Shown here in pieces: positions 62,512-64,000 of a stretch of DNA of 64,000 nt. The stretch comes from Balanoglossus misakiensis (taxonomy: Eukaryota > Animalia > Hemichordata). The position numbers were made by a program, and so were the translations under genes. The stretch lies in the NCBI GenBank assembly GCA_040954595.2, contig CM082591.2, positions 4,139,957 through 4,203,956 on the forward strand. The letters are read 5' to 3'. The notes under the pieces are model-generated. The model was not told where the DNA came from and searched no databases. It was given only the letters and a program-made list of their open reading frames with translations. Positions within the stretch are counted from its first letter, which is position 1. Each line of letters starts with the position of its first letter.

Positions 62512-64000
62512 AGAAACAAGGACACAATGGGTAAAATTCCCTGCTTCTTGACGAATATGGCATATACCAGAAATCAAGGACAGATAACCGTATAAGTCCT
62601 TCAGGGGTTTGTATAGTTTTGTACGAGGGCGTACTGAGGTTTTATTGTTATATGTATGTCATCAATGTCTCACAGTATCTTGTATATGCATCATCCCCCA
62701 TCAACAACCTACCATCATATCCCCCATCGACAACCTACCATCATACAACCTCATCTACTAATTCATCTCATCAACAAAACACAACAGACTTTTCAGATCA
62801 CACACCCCCTGTACTTGTGTAATGATAGTTGTGTTGCTGGCAGATCAATCTCCGTTGAGTATGGCCGACCCCTTTTTTTGACATCTGTTGAATAACAACA
62901 ATCACTCACTGATGTCAGGCTTTAGCTGCACTGTTCAGATAAGAACCGAGTTCCTAACTGGGTCAGTTCTAGGCTAACCCAAAGCCAGACAGGGTTGGCA
63001 AATTCAGACCCTCATCATCACATCTCATTGGCATTTATTAAAGTGCCACTGTCTGTAATTTTTTCAGTATTTTTGTTTTGTGTATCAAGTACGTTTTCTT
63101 GGTCTACTCCCTATAATATCCTTCATGCCCAGTTTTCTTCTCATTAGCAAGTCATATGTATGTGTATCGATCATTGTTATTGTTGACAAACACATCTAAG
63201 TCCAGACTTGAAAAGTTTTTAAACAATAACAACGATTGTGCACATATGGGCTATGTTGAGAAGGTTAAAGATGAAACCCCTCCCCAGATGAAATCATTCA
63301 TGGATTGCGTGGAACCTCTGCACGTCAATGTAACAAGATAGTATCGCGCCCGTTACAATCACGTAACAAGACTGTGGGATACTGCTTATGGACTAGAAGC
63401 CCACAAAAGGCAACTGTTCCTTTTATTGCCCTGTTACAACACATGTAAAACTTTTAACTGGGATCCGACATCGCTCCAAGCTGACTCATCGCACAACCAT
63501 GGCAACTATTTGAAATGTCTAACGTTCTAGAATGCCTGCGTCAAATGAACGTATTCTGGTGGGAAAAGAGAAGCTATGCACTTTTCCCGAAAAGCAACCT
63601 ATCACCATGAAAAATTGCCAAGCACAAGGAACCATCGGTTTGCCACAACTGGATCCAAACTTGCGCGTCCAACGAACTCAAGCCAATCACCATTCAACCA
63701 ACCATGTGTCAGTAGTAAAATTAACTTTATACTGTACGATAAAATGTCATGAAATTCCAAAAATTCAACATGCGGCTAATTTTCTTACGGAATAAATTAT
63801 CCGTACCTAAGGCAGTGTTATAAATGCCCGGCATTGTTATCTTGCAGTAAATCTACTGATTAAAGTTTTAACACTTGACTTTGACCTTTGTACAGATAAG
63901 GACATATATTTGAAGAATTTGTTTTGAAAGCCGACCTCTGCTTGCGGTCTGGATTTTGACCTCTGACCCCGCGAGCACTGGTGAATGATCGGTGTTTAGT

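Noticed and set aside
60750-64000. Short ORFs at the right end of the window
   Set aside because: No recognisable products; likely the 5' intron or upstream region of the troponin T-LIM gene.

Overview
This is eukaryotic, intron-rich animal DNA. Gene content suggests an invertebrate deuterostome such as a hemichordate, but that is low-confidence inference. I built spliced gene models by hand from GT-AG sites and exon phases. In order: STK38/NDR kinase (+), single-coding-exon TMEM86 (-), nucleobindin with a Gln-rich tail (-), class II PI3K PIK3C2A head-to-head with it (+), an Ig/TM/TIR receptor (-), a 1128-aa single-exon disordered orphan (-), COMMD9 (+), a 115-aa pro/parathymosin-like protein (+), and a 15-exon ~591-aa gene (-). 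That last gene is the most notable feature. It joins, in one reading frame, a caldesmon-like N-terminus, a troponin T core and a C-terminal EPLIN/LIMD2-type LIM domain. The neighbourhood resembles the human 11p15/12p/19q13/1q32 paralogon. Introns contain microsatellites, a shared minisatellite and TTAA-type MITEs. No prokaryotic features were seen. No database search was run.
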